This document shows positions 25,975-39,994 of a stretch of DNA of 64,000 bases, piece after piece. Source of the DNA: Octopus sinensis (Eukaryota); assembly GCF_006345805.1 (NCBI RefSeq), contig NC_043008.1, positions 42,036,001 through 42,100,000 of the forward strand, written 5' to 3'. A model generated the notes under the pieces. It was not told where the DNA came from. It searched no databases and saw nothing but the letters and a program-made list of their open reading frames with translations. The translations under genes were made by a program, and so were the position numbers. Position 1 is the stretch's first letter, and every line of letters begins with the position of its first letter.

Positions 25975-27444
25975 ATAGCTACCCAGCTCGACTCGTCCCG
26001 CACCCGATAGCAGTCGTTAGGCATAGACCTATAGGTTGCAAATGGTTCGGCACTGTACGCGTGCATGCAGAACGGTTTCATCGCACTCATCGCATCTGGG
26101 GATGGTCGGCCCCGTGTCTCTCGAGCCATGCCTGTAGAGCTTATCCCGAACAGGTAGCGCTTCTCGGTAGCACTGCCAAGCTATCATCAACGACGATGAT
26201 CAATGCCCAGCCCTCCTTTTAACGGATGTTGGCAGCAAACGGATCGCCTGATAATCGTAATGCATCCTTTCCACAAGAAGCGGAAGAGAATACGTTCAAG
26301 TTTGGTGATAGTAGGGTCGAGACAAGGCAAAATGGTCAGGTGGTAGTAGATGACGAACGCGATGAACATTTTCTCCACCTCGCCCCTACCTTTTAGGAAT
26401 AGCTTCCTCTCGGCCCCAAAGTGATCACCCTGCTCGTTATTTCGATCCAGTTCTCCGTTTGGAGGTCCGGATCAAACTAGACCCCGAGCAACTCGACCGG
26501 ACCGACGGAGGCGCTGGTGGATGGCATGGGCTTGCTTCTCCAGGCGCTGGTGGATGGCATGAGCTTGCTTCTTCAGGCGCTGAGCCGCAAGCCCACTAAC
26601 TTTTCCCGGTTGATCTTAGCTCCTGTTACTGCATCGTAGTCTTTAGTGTCTCGCCGACCAGCTCGATGTTCTCCTGGCTAGACACTATGACGGTGACGTC
26701 GTCCTCGTATGCGGACACGCTCGTCCCGCACCCCAGTTCTCGCGGGATGCTTCTCAGCGTTGCCAGCTTCCGCAGTAGTGGATCTAAGGTCAGATTTTAC
26801 TTGACCCGATTAATTCGCACCCCTGTTCATCTACCACAGACCAAATGGTGGCACCGTTTCCCTATTGCGCCTCCCCCACCTCTGGCCTCTCGCTCGGTTC
26901 CAACACTTTCGTTCCTTTAGGCACGCATCCTAGCTCTGATAACACACCCTTCGTGTTTGGCGTTGAAGTGTTGGTCGAAGGCCAACCTCGCCGTCAAAAC
27001 GCTGCATACGATGTCACTTCTAATCATCTTTTCTATCTTCTTAACTAGCTCGTTCACTACTGTGTTTCTATCAATGGCTAATGCTTTGCTATATCTAATG
27101 GCTTCTACTTTTATTGCTCTCTTGAGGTCAAACCACAATTTTGTTGATGATGGCTCCCCGTCTATTCCTATCTCTGCCCACGTAATCTGCATGTGTGTCC
27201 AAGGTAGCATTCCAATCCCCCATTAAGTACGGGATGAGACGTTCCGAGGAATATTTCTAGACGTCGAAAGAAATCCGGCCAACCTGTTAAAGGCGGTGCG
27301 TTGACTGATACGAGTCGAAAAGCACACCCATTGCTGCCGTAGACATCCAGGACGACTAGTCTACCGTCCGAGTTTACAAATATTGTCTTTACTTCGAGAT
27401 CCAGTCTCTTGCGAAAAAGTACCGCCGTGCCACTACCGCCCATT
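25975..27444 (-). mobile_element. L1/Tx1-clade LINE, internally deleted and frameshifted ORF2
   Basis: In order on the minus strand: APE fragments (GTAVLFRK, RLVVLDV, FRLVSVNAP, frameshifted MGDWNA), linker (GCVIRAR), late RT (LDPLLRKL, SAYEDDVTV = mutated YADD, GAKINREK, ELLGV*F), FLWKG..R.....P.KGGLG, and a zf-RVT-like region AWQCYREALPVRDKL..RCDECDETVLH..VQC. Confidence 0.9.
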
Positions 27445-27472
27445 TTAGATAAATAGATAGAGATAAACACAC

Positions 27473-27561
<89 letters not shown>

Positions 27562-27872
27562 TCCGGTGGCTACAACGACTATAAAGTGACCGTGCAAACA
27601 GCCAGTTTTGGCCTCTCCTTAGAAACTTGTCAAAGACCACTTAACTGGCAGAGTGTGCACGGACTGCTGCGATGTAGAAGTCTACAGTTTCATCTCGAAA
27701 ATATAAACACGCTGTGATTGGTCGGGAATAAGAAACAGAATTAGCAGCGCAGCGTGGCTTCCATAAATATATGTGTGCATAGAAATCGTGTACGATAGTA
27801 TTAACAGAGGAATCGTGACTTCTATTATGAATGTGTGTATGTATAGTTGTGTGTGTGTGAGTATGTGTGTGT

Positions 27873-27903
<31 letters not shown>

Positions 27904-29124
27904 GATGCGGCTGTTTTTGCGTATATCTATATATAATCTGATATAGATTATAAATCTTCATTAAGTTAATGAAAGATGTATATACATAATCGATATAAAG
28001 CATCCATTTATATTCTAATTATGTAGAATTATATATTTACTTTCCTGTGTATTATATACTTATATATATACTCATGCACACACACACACACCTACGCGCA
28101 CGCACACACACGTATATATAAAGACTAAGAGAGAGAGAGAGAGATGCACATACATAGACGCCTACACGCACACATATATATGTATATACTTAGAGGGAGA
28201 GAGATACGCACACATCTACACGCACATATATAGTCTATATATAGACTAAGATACACACACAGACCTATACGCGCACACACACTCATATACATATAGACTA
28301 AGTGAGAGAGAGAATGAGTGAAAAATACACACATGCACAAACATACACACACACACACATATTAATGGCGGTGGCGGTTATACGAACGTATATAATGTAT
28401 TTGTTGTGACTGAAATGAATGCATATCTGTTAATTGCATGTGTGAGTGTGTATGTGTGCGTATGTGTGTGCGGGGTGTGTGAATATACTTATGGACGCAT
28501 CCATGCGTAAGTGCTTATCGGCGGAGTCCAAATATCCGAATATATGTTTATATGTGGTTGGCTAGGTACAGATTTGTATCTGTGCGTGTGGATGCGTGTG
28601 TCAGTGTGTCCATATCATTTTGTGTGTATTTGTTTCTAATGTATCTCTGCGTACCAATATTTGTATATGCGGCTGTATATGTGTGTATGTGCGTGTGTGC
28701 ATCTACATGTGTAGGTGTCTGTCTTCTAGGCAGCATATCTGTGTCTCTATATGCAAACCTCTGCTTATATACACACGTGTGTTTATGTGTGTGTGTGTGT
28801 GTGTGTGTGTAGTTGTAGGTATGTTGTGCGTTTGTTTTTAGTCTACATATGATTGTGTGTATAACTGCTTGTGATTGCTTGCCTATGTGTCCGTCTGCCT
28901 CCTGCATTTCCGCTTCTGTGTTAGTATATCAGTTTAGCTGTACATGCGTGCACGTGTGTACGTATGTGTGCGTGTGTTTGTGTGTGTGCAAGATAGAGAG
29001 ACAGACAGAGAAAGAGAGAGATTGTGTATGCATGTGGTTCTCAATGCATGTCTATGTTTCTGTACACACACACACGCACACACATACATAAACACACACA
29101 CACACGCACGCACACACACATACA

Positions 29125-29189
<65 letters not shown>

Positions 29190-29308
29190 GAGTGTGTCTA
29201 TGTACCCATGTGAATTCCACTTCGGGTATATGTATGCCTGACTACATGCATTGTACGTACAACCACGTGCGTACACCTGTAGGCACCTCTGAACGTCCAT
29301 ATATTGGC

Positions 29309-29351
<43 letters not shown>

Positions 29352-29450
29352 ATATATATGTGTGTGTTTGTGTGTGCATATGTGTGTGTGTGTTATATGT
29401 GTACTCATGTGTGTGTGTATGTATGAGGCGCTGTCTTTTCTGTGTGTGCG
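27445..29450. repeat. (TAGA)n at 27475-27560, followed by degenerate (TG/CA/TA)n tracts
   Basis: Directly visible. Confidence 0.9.
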
Positions 29451-29989
29451 CCTCTAAATGAGTCGGTCGGCAGTTAGCATGCTGAAGTAGTCACACACAT
29501 CTAACATTTCCTCCTCGGTAATAATAATATTTAAACTAATAGACCCATCGATTATAATCAATATATATGCACCGAACGTTTAGTGTGTACACTTCCTTGT
29601 ACACACTGATGAAATTTCCTCTCTTTCATGGCTTCTCCATCTGCTCCAGCAGAGAATAGCAAGGCATCGAATCAACATTTACAAATTTCATAGATTAAAA
29701 CAATTGGCTTTGAAAAGTCAAAGAAGGATCTAGGAACAAAAGAGAAAGACAGAGAGAGAGGGGAAGAGATAGAGGCAAAGAGAGAGAGAGACACACACAG
29801 AGAGAGAAAGGGGGGGGAGATGAGAAAAGGGAAAGAGAAAGATGTACGAGGTAAATTCTGGGGGATGCAAATGTTGCGTCAATGGATTTCCATTGAAAGT
29901 AGATATTTATGATTTCTAAATTGCTCAGAGGTTGAACTGAAGGAAGAGCAAGGAGGAAGGAGAAAACGACAGAAGCCATTAAATAATAA

Positions 29990-30432
29990 TAGTTTCAAAT
30001 ATTGGCAGAAGGCCAGCAATTTTAGGGGAGGGGGCAAGTCGATTACATCGACCCCGTTGTTTATTTTATTGATCTCGAAATGATAAAAAGGTAATGTCAC
30101 CCTTGGCGGAATTTGAACTCTGAATATAAAGACAGACGAAGTGCCGCAAAGCATTTTGCCCGGCACGCTAACGATTCGGCCACTTCGCCGCCTCATGAAT
30201 AATGATGATGATAACAATCCTTTCTACTAAAGGCACAAGGCCTGAAATGTTTGGAGGAGGGGACAAGCTGATTACATCGACCCTAATGCTCCACTGGCAC
30301 TTAATTTATCGATCCCGATGGATGAAAGGCAAAGTCGACCTCGGTGGAATTTGATCTCATAACGTAACGACGGACGAAATACTGCTAAGCATTTTGTCCG
30401 ACGTGCTAACGATTCTGACAGCTGGCCACCAT
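29990..30432 (-). mobile_element. Two adjacent SINE family B copies (about 29990-30195 and 30217-30432)
   Basis: Each has GATTACATCGACCC...TTTATCGAT/C...GGCAAAGTCGACCTCGG.GGAATTTGAACTC...CTAACGATTC, and they are separated by an (AAT/GAT) tract. Confidence 0.88.
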
Positions 30433-30436
30433 ATAA

Positions 30437-30469
<33 letters not shown>

Positions 30470-30470
<1 letters not shown>

Positions 30471-31025
30471 AGGCAGTGGCTCTCATGGCTTCTGATCTTA
30501 ACTGATTGGAAGTGTTATCATGTACATTGTTTTGTCTTGGTTATAAAAGATGGTCTACAGCAAATATTCTGCTCAATACCACAGATCTGCTTGTCAGTTG
30601 TTTGACCGTAACCAGTTGAGCATGTCCCTTATTGGCTGATGATATGTGCATCTCTGATCACGAGCAGAAGTAGTGGGGGAGCATCATAGCCATGTGTTGT
30701 GGGGGATTCTTTAGGGTTTGAATAATTCACCTCTGGAAACATGGGTGTTTTGTTCAACATCCTTAAACAACCCTTATTCAGGGACCTTTTGAGCGGGATA
30801 GGTTATTCGAAAGAGAAGAAAATTCTAACTGGGCCCCACCTGCAAGGTCATGTGCTGTTTATCTTGATATGAGATCACCATGTCGCGCACATATGGTTGT
30901 GATGCATGTGCCTGGTGTACCCTTATCAGACGGGTAGTCATGATGGGTATACTGGGCTTCGTATATTTTTATCCCAATGTCACTTTGATGGCATGGCACT
31001 GCTCTCACACTCAATAATAATAATG
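30470..31025. repeat. ~550 bp interspersed repeat (probable retroelement 3' region), bounded by (AAT)n on both sides
   Basis: A GC-richer block with no ORF between (AAT)n runs at ~30436-30468 and ~31013-31026. I recall it as a high-copy octopus repeat; its class is not established. Confidence 0.6.
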
Positions 31026-31064
31026 TAATGAAATGAGAAGGGGATAGTGACAGGGGTGACACAA

Positions 31065-31430
31065 CAGTTTTCAAATTTGGACATAAGGTCTACAATTTTA
31101 AGAAACACGGATAGTCGAGTACAACTGGTATTCATTTTATTCATTCCGAAATAGCGAAAAGCAAAGTCGACCTCGGTGAAATTTGAACTCAGAACCTAAG
31201 GACTTGGAAGAAATACTGTGAAGCACTTTTTTCTTATGCTCTAATGATTGTGCCAACTCATCATCTTCAGGTTTCGCAATTAGGCAGAAGGTTAACACTT
31301 TTAAGAAGAGGAAACTAAGCGATAGGATCTATCTTTGATTTTGACTTCTACTTTATTTCAGGTCGTCAAGGAAAGTTAAATTTGTCTATGGTGGGGTTTG
31401 AACTCAGAATGTAAATAATGATATCAGTGT
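31065..31430 (-). mobile_element. SINE family B copy plus a more degenerate adjacent copy
   Basis: GCAAAGTCGACCTCGGTGAAATTTGAACTCAGAAC at ~31160-31196 and a weaker match GGGGTTTGAACTCAGAATGTAAA at ~31393. Confidence 0.7.
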
Positions 31431-31939
31431 CATGAAGAAACGATAGCAAGAAAATCCCCTAAATGTCCGATACTTCGGTCAGGTTTGAATTTGGAACGTA
31501 AGAAGCTGATTTATTTTCTCAGTGTAAACGAAACTGCTTGCAAATGGAAGATACAAATGCAAACTTGAAGCAGGATACTGAGCGATTTTCATAGAACTTG
31601 GGTAACAACAAAAATAGTGTCGCCTTAATCAACCGGTAATGATAATTAAAAAAAATAACTGTATTGAACAACGAAAAAAAAGTATACTTATAAACAGAAT
31701 AATTCGGAATAAGCCGCGAGCACAACACAGGTTCATGTATAACACTCTACTTTCTGTATTATCAAATTTGCTCTTCCTTCACCCCAACTATCTATACAGC
31801 TCCTGATTACTGACTAAATGTAAACACTTCGTCCAAATGTAGAATTTGTAATCTTTAATTTCTATATCTGAAGAATTTCTAACAGGAAATTCCTTTCATG
31901 TCTAACGTATAAAATTCAAAACGAAATCGTTGCGATTTT

Positions 31940-31961
31940 GTGTGTGTGCGTGCGTGCGTGT

Positions 31962-32053
<92 letters not shown>

Positions 32054-32060
32054 GTGTGTG
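31940..32060. repeat. (TG)n, ~120 bp
   Basis: Directly visible. Confidence 0.97.
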
Positions 32061-35000
32061 AGAAGTTAGGCGAAAGTTGAGCAAACGGGAAACTAGACGA
32101 AAACTTAATGGACGGGAAATTCAGACAAAGACACGATACACGGAATGTTCACAGCTAACTTTTCCTCGTCAGTCAATGGTTTCGCGCCACTAACATTCCG
32201 ACAACTCAGTTTTTGAATATATAACTGTCTGTTTTCCTATTTCTGTCTATCTTTTCTTTCCCGCCATCCATCTTATAAAGACGCGGTTCGTTCTAACAAA
32301 GTCCTGACCACTATTGCTAGAATTTCTATTCAGAACAATAGGAAGAATGGTACATGTTGAATTTCAGGGCCGTGTAACACGTTTAAGGTATTCTGTCGGA
32401 AATTAAATTCGCAAATTGCAATTTAGTTTGTTAATTTCTTTACTTCCAGATTCTGTCTTTTCGTGATTATTACTTCGTCACTTACCTAACCGAGTGTACC
32501 AATGATGAAGATGAAAGATGTCAATATATTATTTGGTCACTGAAACTACAGATTCTGAAGTAGTTATCAGTAAATGTACTGTTTTCTCACGAATTCTGAT
32601 GGAAATGTCCATATTTATTGGTAGGTTCATCTCTAGAACACTACGTTGTGTTTAATTTCACTCCAGAATAACAATATAAAGTTTGTTTTCATTATTTGGG
32701 AGGCGACAATTTGTTGGGTGGGGAATAGAAATGTTTTCTATATATAAATGCTGTTTGGTTGTGTAGTTCACTTCGCAAAATACCGTTCTCGTTTCGGTCC
32801 CTTTACCCGTCACTTTGAACGTCTTCTTGTGAGAAGGATGTTTATGTGGGCGTGTGGGTGTGTGACAGAGAGAGAGCGAGGGTTATGTTATACCTGTAAC
32901 TACTTCTCTACCATGGTTCTATGCTAGTATCCAGGAATTTGAACTCAGTTTTCAAAAGTAAACTACCGTAAATATTGAGACAATAAACCAAAGACGGTGG
33001 CATCCTGCCTCATGCTTGAGGTAACCGGGCGACTCACTGTTGTGATATTTCTGAGGATAAACTAAATGGTATCGCTTTTATTATTAATAATTTATTGTGT
33101 GATATTGTCCAGTATAGCCACCCACCCCGCTGCCTATGTTCCTCTAATCCCAATTTATTTGTCCCCCAATAACATCTTACAATTCTTTTCTCCGTAACGA
33201 AGTCATTTGACCGAAACTTTAGAATTCTCTAATTCCGCTCGCTTTAAAAGTTAATCCAATTTTGATATTTTCTAGTTTGTATTGTCACCAAGGACTCTGC
33301 AGTTATACAATAAAATACCTCTTTTCTTACAAAAGGAGGTGTGTGATAATTAGTTTATATATTGTTCCAGTTGAATAAACTATGAAGTTTGTATTACTCG
33401 CGAATATGTTTGTTGTCTGAAGACAAAACATAACATTACTCATGTAGTTTGTGCTGTATAAATGACCAGTAAATGAAACCAGATCCTAGTTGTTTCTCTG
33501 ACATGGAAATTTTTGTTGTTCGTTGTGGTGAAACTATGCTACTTTGTTTTTGAAGATGCTATAAAGATAAATACCAATTCGTAAATTTGCTTCATGGAGG
33601 TGAAATGTTGCTTCATTGGAGGAAAGACAACGAAGCATTGCTGTATGTATAAATGTATAAATTTAATAACATTTTATAAATGGTTGAAAGTCATTTCATA
33701 GTTTTACATTGCTGTAATCTATATCAGTTACTGCCTTGTGGATTTGCAATGAACATGAAGAATAGATTTAAATAGCTTGTGAACAGATTAAATATATATT
33801 AGCCAAGCAATAGATCTATAACTTTCTCTCTAGGTTATACTTTCATCCTTGGTGATTAGATTTGTCTGCGCTGTTGCAAGCAAACATGGCGACTGAACTT
33901 GGTTGTAGAGATTTGTTTTAAATATATACGCGAGAGACTTACTGTAGCATGTTAATAACTTATACCAATATCGAGCTATTTGCCTTCCCGTTATTCAAGT
34001 TTCTCTCGACGATTCTGTGAAACTTCCACGTCTGCTGATGTAAGTTTTCAATGAGGATGTTGACACCGTATTTATTCCTGATTGCATTCAGCCATATTGA
34101 ATTATGGTTTAAATTTTTCTTTTCATTTCAGATTTTAGATAGAAAAGCAGTTCTTTATTCTGAGATATTAGTATCCTTCGTCGTCCTTTCGTATGCAGTT
34201 TGTGGATTAGAAGCAAACGAGTGGTCAACAGTGGTTCATTGAAGTAGAGTTTTGTGATAACAGAATTACTCACTGAATATCTTGAGCTCGAACATTGATT
34301 TTTGTTTATTTCCCGACAATAATCTCCGTATTGTTTTGTGCATGAGTTGAAGACGTGAATTTATTACTCACGTTCTGTTTGATCCCGCAGTATTGGCTGT
34401 TGATATCTTCTTATAACTTTGTTATCCATCTTCGCTGATATTTCATTATAACTGTACAATGATGGCTGCTGTATCCAAACAGGTATTACTTGTCCACTGT
34501 ATGTTATCAAACGTTCTTGTATAGCTTCCAGCGATATTGTTAATGACTTTTATCATGGGACGTTTTTTCTTCCATCTTTCGTCAAAAATGTCTCTTATCT
34601 AATGATAGCTTTGAGAAATATGATGTATTCTTCTCTAACTGCCGTTTTAAATTGTTTTAAGCTGTTTATAATCTACAATTATCTATATCAGATCAGTTTT
34701 CCATACGGAAATAAGTAGAAGGGAAGAAGAAGAGGACGGTTTATTTCCATTTTGATCTTTTATTTCGCGGCTTTTGATTGGATTCGAGCATCGTAAGTAA
34801 CTCGATGTATGTAACAAAAGTCAGTATGAACAATCTCTGTGTGCCATAGTCACTGTGTGGAGGGCAACAAATAAAAAGAAAAATAACTATTAGTTGTTGT
34901 TTATCTAACAAAAGATATTCGTGGTGGATTGCATCGCAAGAATTCTGTAAGTACTTTCTTTAGCAGATAGAAGAGTTTTCTCGAAATTTAATTACATTCG

Positions 35001-35939
35001 AGCAAATCTTAATTTAAATAAAAAACCCAACCGTGGGTATAGAAGCGAAATCTTACCTATTAAAAATATTTTATATAACCAAATCTGAAGACGGTTAAAC
35101 AGAGATAAAAAGTGTTTCTCTTATATGTATATAGCTGCTTAAACATCGATATCATCATTAGTTCATATATCCGAAAAAGCAAACTGTAAAACATTAGAGC
35201 AGCATTATATAGGACATTTTTCGTTATGGTTGGTTATAGAGTGACCATTGGTTTCGCACCTATAAAGTGTTTAGTAGTATAAGTGACACGTCAGATTCAA
35301 ATGGCTGGAGTCAGAGAACTTCTCTACAACTGGAAGGAGGAAAATGTCATGGTCAATTAATTTTGTAAACATGTAATTCACCATTTGGCGACTAGGAAAA
35401 TGCTATCAACCACGAACTTATTCTGCAGGTCCGTCGTAGACATAACCGGTACCGCTCTAAGGAGTATAACGCTGCCCCACTCAAGGTTTTGCCAGGCAGG
35501 TTTCATTCTGGAAGATTCTCATTTACAAAACTATGATGTTTTCCTCCCTCCTGTTGTCGGCAGGATGTGTGCCTCCGGCCATATGAGCCTGGTGAATCGC
35601 CTATACACAGTTAAGCACCGTCAAGTTGCAAAGCTAATGATCACTCTCTGACCAACCATAACAAATAATATTCTAATATAAAAATGGGGTGTTTGCTGAA
35701 ATGTATGAAGGTGTTTAAGCTGCCTAGATTCGTTTTTCTGATTCTGTATATACATGCAAATTTCTTCCACCCGGGATTACTGTATTGCGAATAAGGTATT
35801 GCAGTTTAACGATGTGTTATCTATTAGCGTCTTAATTAACTTGGATGCATTGTTTTTATACTTATACATCGACTCTTGTATTCGGAAAAAGCGTAACTGC
35901 AGCACTCTCTGCTCACAAGCGCTAAAGGGATTGTCCTAA

Positions 35940-35989
<50 letters not shown>

Positions 35990-38900
35990 TGTGTGTGTGT
36001 GTGTGTGTGTATCCATAAAACTCTTTTATATCCGCCTGGTTTCAGTTCTGCTCTTCCATTGGCTGACTTATTCGTCTAATTGTTTGGGCGCCCATTTCTT
36101 GCTCAACTATATTTCTGATAACAATGTTATGCAAACAACAGTAGCGTGTGTGCGTTAGTGTGTGGCTGGGTGATTATACATGTGTGTATGTGTGCGTGTA
36201 CGTGTATATTTCTATGTGTGTGTGTGTGTGTGTATTTCTATATCAGTGTGTATTTCTATGTGTGTGTAGATTCAATGTAGGTTAACCGAAATATGGAATA
36301 TTGGGTTAGAGATATAAAATGTTGCCTCCATCAATCGAGAGATGCTTGATGTCTGTTGACAAGATATCAAATGCGATTGTAGATGTTACATTGGAAGAAC
36401 TATTCAATTAGTATTGCATTCTTCGATGGCAACGAGCAGGGGGTGTTGGGTGGGGTGGCATAGATTGTGTAAAAGTGAGAGAGCATAGTGAAAAATGGAA
36501 AGTGAAAGAGAGAACGAGTGTTGGTGTACATATGTGTGTGTTTCTCTGTGTGTGTATGTGTGTGTGCGGGCGTGTCTGCGTGTGCGCATGTGTGTGCGCG
36601 TTCGCTTATGCATGTGCGCGCACGCGCAAACGTTCGCGAGTATGATTTTATGAATCTGTGCAATCAGTAAGGAGAAAACGAGTGAGAGAGAGCTTCTGTC
36701 CATCCATGCAGCCCGTAGTTTGTGAAAACTATATATATATGTAAACATAAGTACGCATGTGTATAAATAAATAAATATATATATATATATATAAATATAT
36801 GTATATACTTATATATACATATATATATATATATACACACATACACACACACATATATATGTATTTATATATATATGTATGTATATATATATATTTATAT
36901 ATATATGCGTGTGTGTCTGTGTGTGTGTACATTTATGATCTTTTTTTACATTTTTCGATGTCTCTTTGGGTTTTAGATACAGAATACTCAACGTTCTATT
37001 CTAGTGCTAAATTAATGTAGTGTCCAATCTCTCCATCTCCATCTCTTCTTTGTCTCTCTATCTCTATCGCTCTTTGTAAGTATATATACTCGTGGGTGTA
37101 AAGGTGTGAGTTTATATGTATATGTATATATATATATATATACACAAAGAGACAGAGAAAGAGAGAGGTAATCCAGAAGCTGAGAGGCAAAGAGGCAGAA
37201 AGATTGTCCTCCTTCAAGGTGAGATTCAATCATGGCAATCACTTAAGTAGAAGACACATTGTAGACAAATGCTGCTTCCCCTGGAAAAAATCACATCAGA
37301 AATAATTGATGTATTAAATTTTAGTTACCGATGATAGATGACAGTGATAAAATAGATTCTGTTCATGCGTATGCTTGTTAGTAAAATCGCATATCACGGA
37401 GTAAATTTCAAGAGAATAATCCAAAAAAAGAATGTTTCAATTTTTGTTGATCTCAAGTTAGTTTCTTTTCGTTTTGGAGAGCCATTGATGTCACAGCTTT
37501 CAGTATCATCCTCTGAATTCCATTTTTTTATAGTCTACTCGGTTCCAGGTAATAGTTGTACATTTGAGCCCTGAATTTGCTCATTGCAAGTTCGAATTCC
37601 TTCCATTCCAATTTCTATGAACAAAATTGTAATCTACCCCCTTGAACACGCGTCTCTGCAAACTTTCATTTTAAAATATTTTTCAGAATTTTCTGAGAGA
37701 AAATCGAAGAATATCCGAACTGAGGTTTTACCAAAGTTCTCTAGAAGTAAAATGCAGTATCACATTTATGAATTATACAAACAATTTTCTGTCAGAAAAC
37801 AACTAAAGGCTAAAAATGTTAGTTTCTAATGGTGTTTTAAATGGATGCCTCATTAATAACTCTCGATAGTCTTGTTGACACGGGGACACTAGTACAGTGA
37901 CTAATGCAATTCAAAATTTCAGCCGTTTCCTCCAGTATGAATGAAAGCGTAAAATCGTACAACCATTTTTTGAGAACGTCTCAGGAAAATTCTCATTTTC
38001 TGTAACCAACGCGTTGAAAAGACGTGTCTCTCCCGAAATATATCACACTCTGATACCAGTCCATGGTTTATAATATAGAACATGCACTCAATCACATTTA
38101 TGTACTAAGAGTTTTCTTATTTGGTTCTCTGCATGAAATATTAAGTCAGTTGCCTCCTCGTGGTGTAATCAGTTCTGTGTCTTTGACATCAAACAAGAAA
38201 TTAAAGGAAGCATCTTTTAGATTTTTTTCCCCAGAACTATTTAACTACCTTAGTGAATTAGAATACTTCCGCCTGGGATTTAAAATAAGCTCGCCAGGAA
38301 CTCAGCAAGGGGAATTTTATCATTTAGTTCATAACTTTTTTTTTATAATGATTTATCCATTTGACAGAGAGAACGAAACACAAAATAACGAAAATGTTAT
38401 TAGTTCCAGGCATTGATGCGGTTTTGTTTGAACAGAGGAAGGAAACTTTAACGGCGTCTGGTCGCCTTCTTGGTTTACAATCGTTTCCTAAAGCAATCTA
38501 CAATGGAATTGTCGCATCAATGTAATATTTAGTATAAAAATCAATTACTGAAAATTTCTAATATTTGTTCGTTTCTTCTCGTCTATAAGCAATCACGGTT
38601 GTTTCGAGTGCTTTTAGCATTTGAATCGCTTTCATCAGTCTGTAGAACTTGTGCACCAATCATATATTATGATAGATATGAATGCACAGATTAAATTTAA
38701 CAGCTACAGAAGATAACGAGGAATAGAAACTGTAAGAAAAAGATAATCGGTAAATATTTGGTTTTCAGAAAAAAGCCAAATAAAATATGCAAAAAAGGGG
38801 AAAAAATTATGATTAATGTTTTTTCCTGGTTTCATAACATACACACATATATACACATTGACAGAGGAGTAGATGTATATATATATGCATTAATATATCA

Positions 38901-39889
38901 TTATACAATGTGTATGGATATATATGTTACATAAATGCATGCATATGTGTGTGTGTCTGTGTGTGTATGAAAAGAGGGTATTGATCTTAAAAACGAACAA
39001 AAATAAAAATTTTATATTTAATTCTTCAGAGATTTTAAGCAAACACAAGAAAATTCGAAGAACAAAACATTAAAACACAAAGACAAAAGTCATGAATTGA
39101 GAAGAAGAGACGAATGTGAAGGGTTGGAGGAAAGATGAAGTTGGGAAAATGAGATTTGTTCTGACTGTCTCCTAAAACAATTCCAAAATATAAGTGCATC
39201 TTAAATCTGACCTTAACAATATAAATTTTACGAATAAAATGATAATGTATGTTTGCGACCTTTACCAAAAACTTTGCTTGACCAAAACAGTTTAGATATT
39301 TCCATAATCTGTATTTCTTGTACTGCATCCAGCCATAAATAGTCAACACTCGCAGTGTTATACTCATACATAAGCACTCACACCGGAACACTACAACATG
39401 GCACAAAGCATGAAGTAATGTCCGAATATATATTCAAGGATATTTCCGGGGTTGTGTGTTCTTTCAGTTGCATGTAATTCGATATATATAACATTCATAA
39501 TTTTTAACTGAAAAACTACACACCAAAATGCACACATAAGCATACATATGTGCATATGTATATATGTGTGTGTATGTAATTGTGTGTGTGTGTGTGTATG
39601 TATCTATTCACTTTATCAATCTATTCAATGAAAATAAACAGCAAAACCCTGGAAGTGTTATTAAGGAAGAAGCAGAAGTAGCTGCCAGTCAGGAGATGGG
39701 GGAACTTAATTAACTAAAGAGACACAAACAAGTGACGACACCCACTCCGATGAATACGAAAGTTCCACAACAAAAACGTTTTCGCCAGGAGACTGCGGCG
39801 ATGTGAAACACTAGTCATAAAAGATTCATTTGGCAAAAAAAAATAAATAGATAGATAAATAAAATAACCATCCTGAAATTCAACAATAT

Positions 39890-39931
39890 ATTATTATTAT
39901 TATCATTATTATTATTATTATATTATTATTA

Positions 39932-39994
<63 letters not shown>

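Noticed and set aside
29582-29612. 10-bp hairpin AGTGTGTACA/TGTACACACT followed by CTGATGA
   Set aside because: No GAAA or NUH is correctly placed, so it does not fit any hammerhead topology.
32480-32640. Strong minus-strand donor (TAG|GTAAGT) after ILTSFIFIIGTLG, reminiscent of GPCR TM1
   Set aside because: All frames have stops immediately upstream, and there is no further GPCR sequence.
38063-38416. 117-aa non-repetitive ORF
   Set aside because: No recognisable domain, it contains T-runs typical of intronic DNA, and there are no consistent flanking splice sites. It cannot be supported as a CDS.
38590-38645. Minus-strand CTGATGA...GAAA
   Set aside because: Stem II does not close, the triplet would be GUG and there is no stem I.
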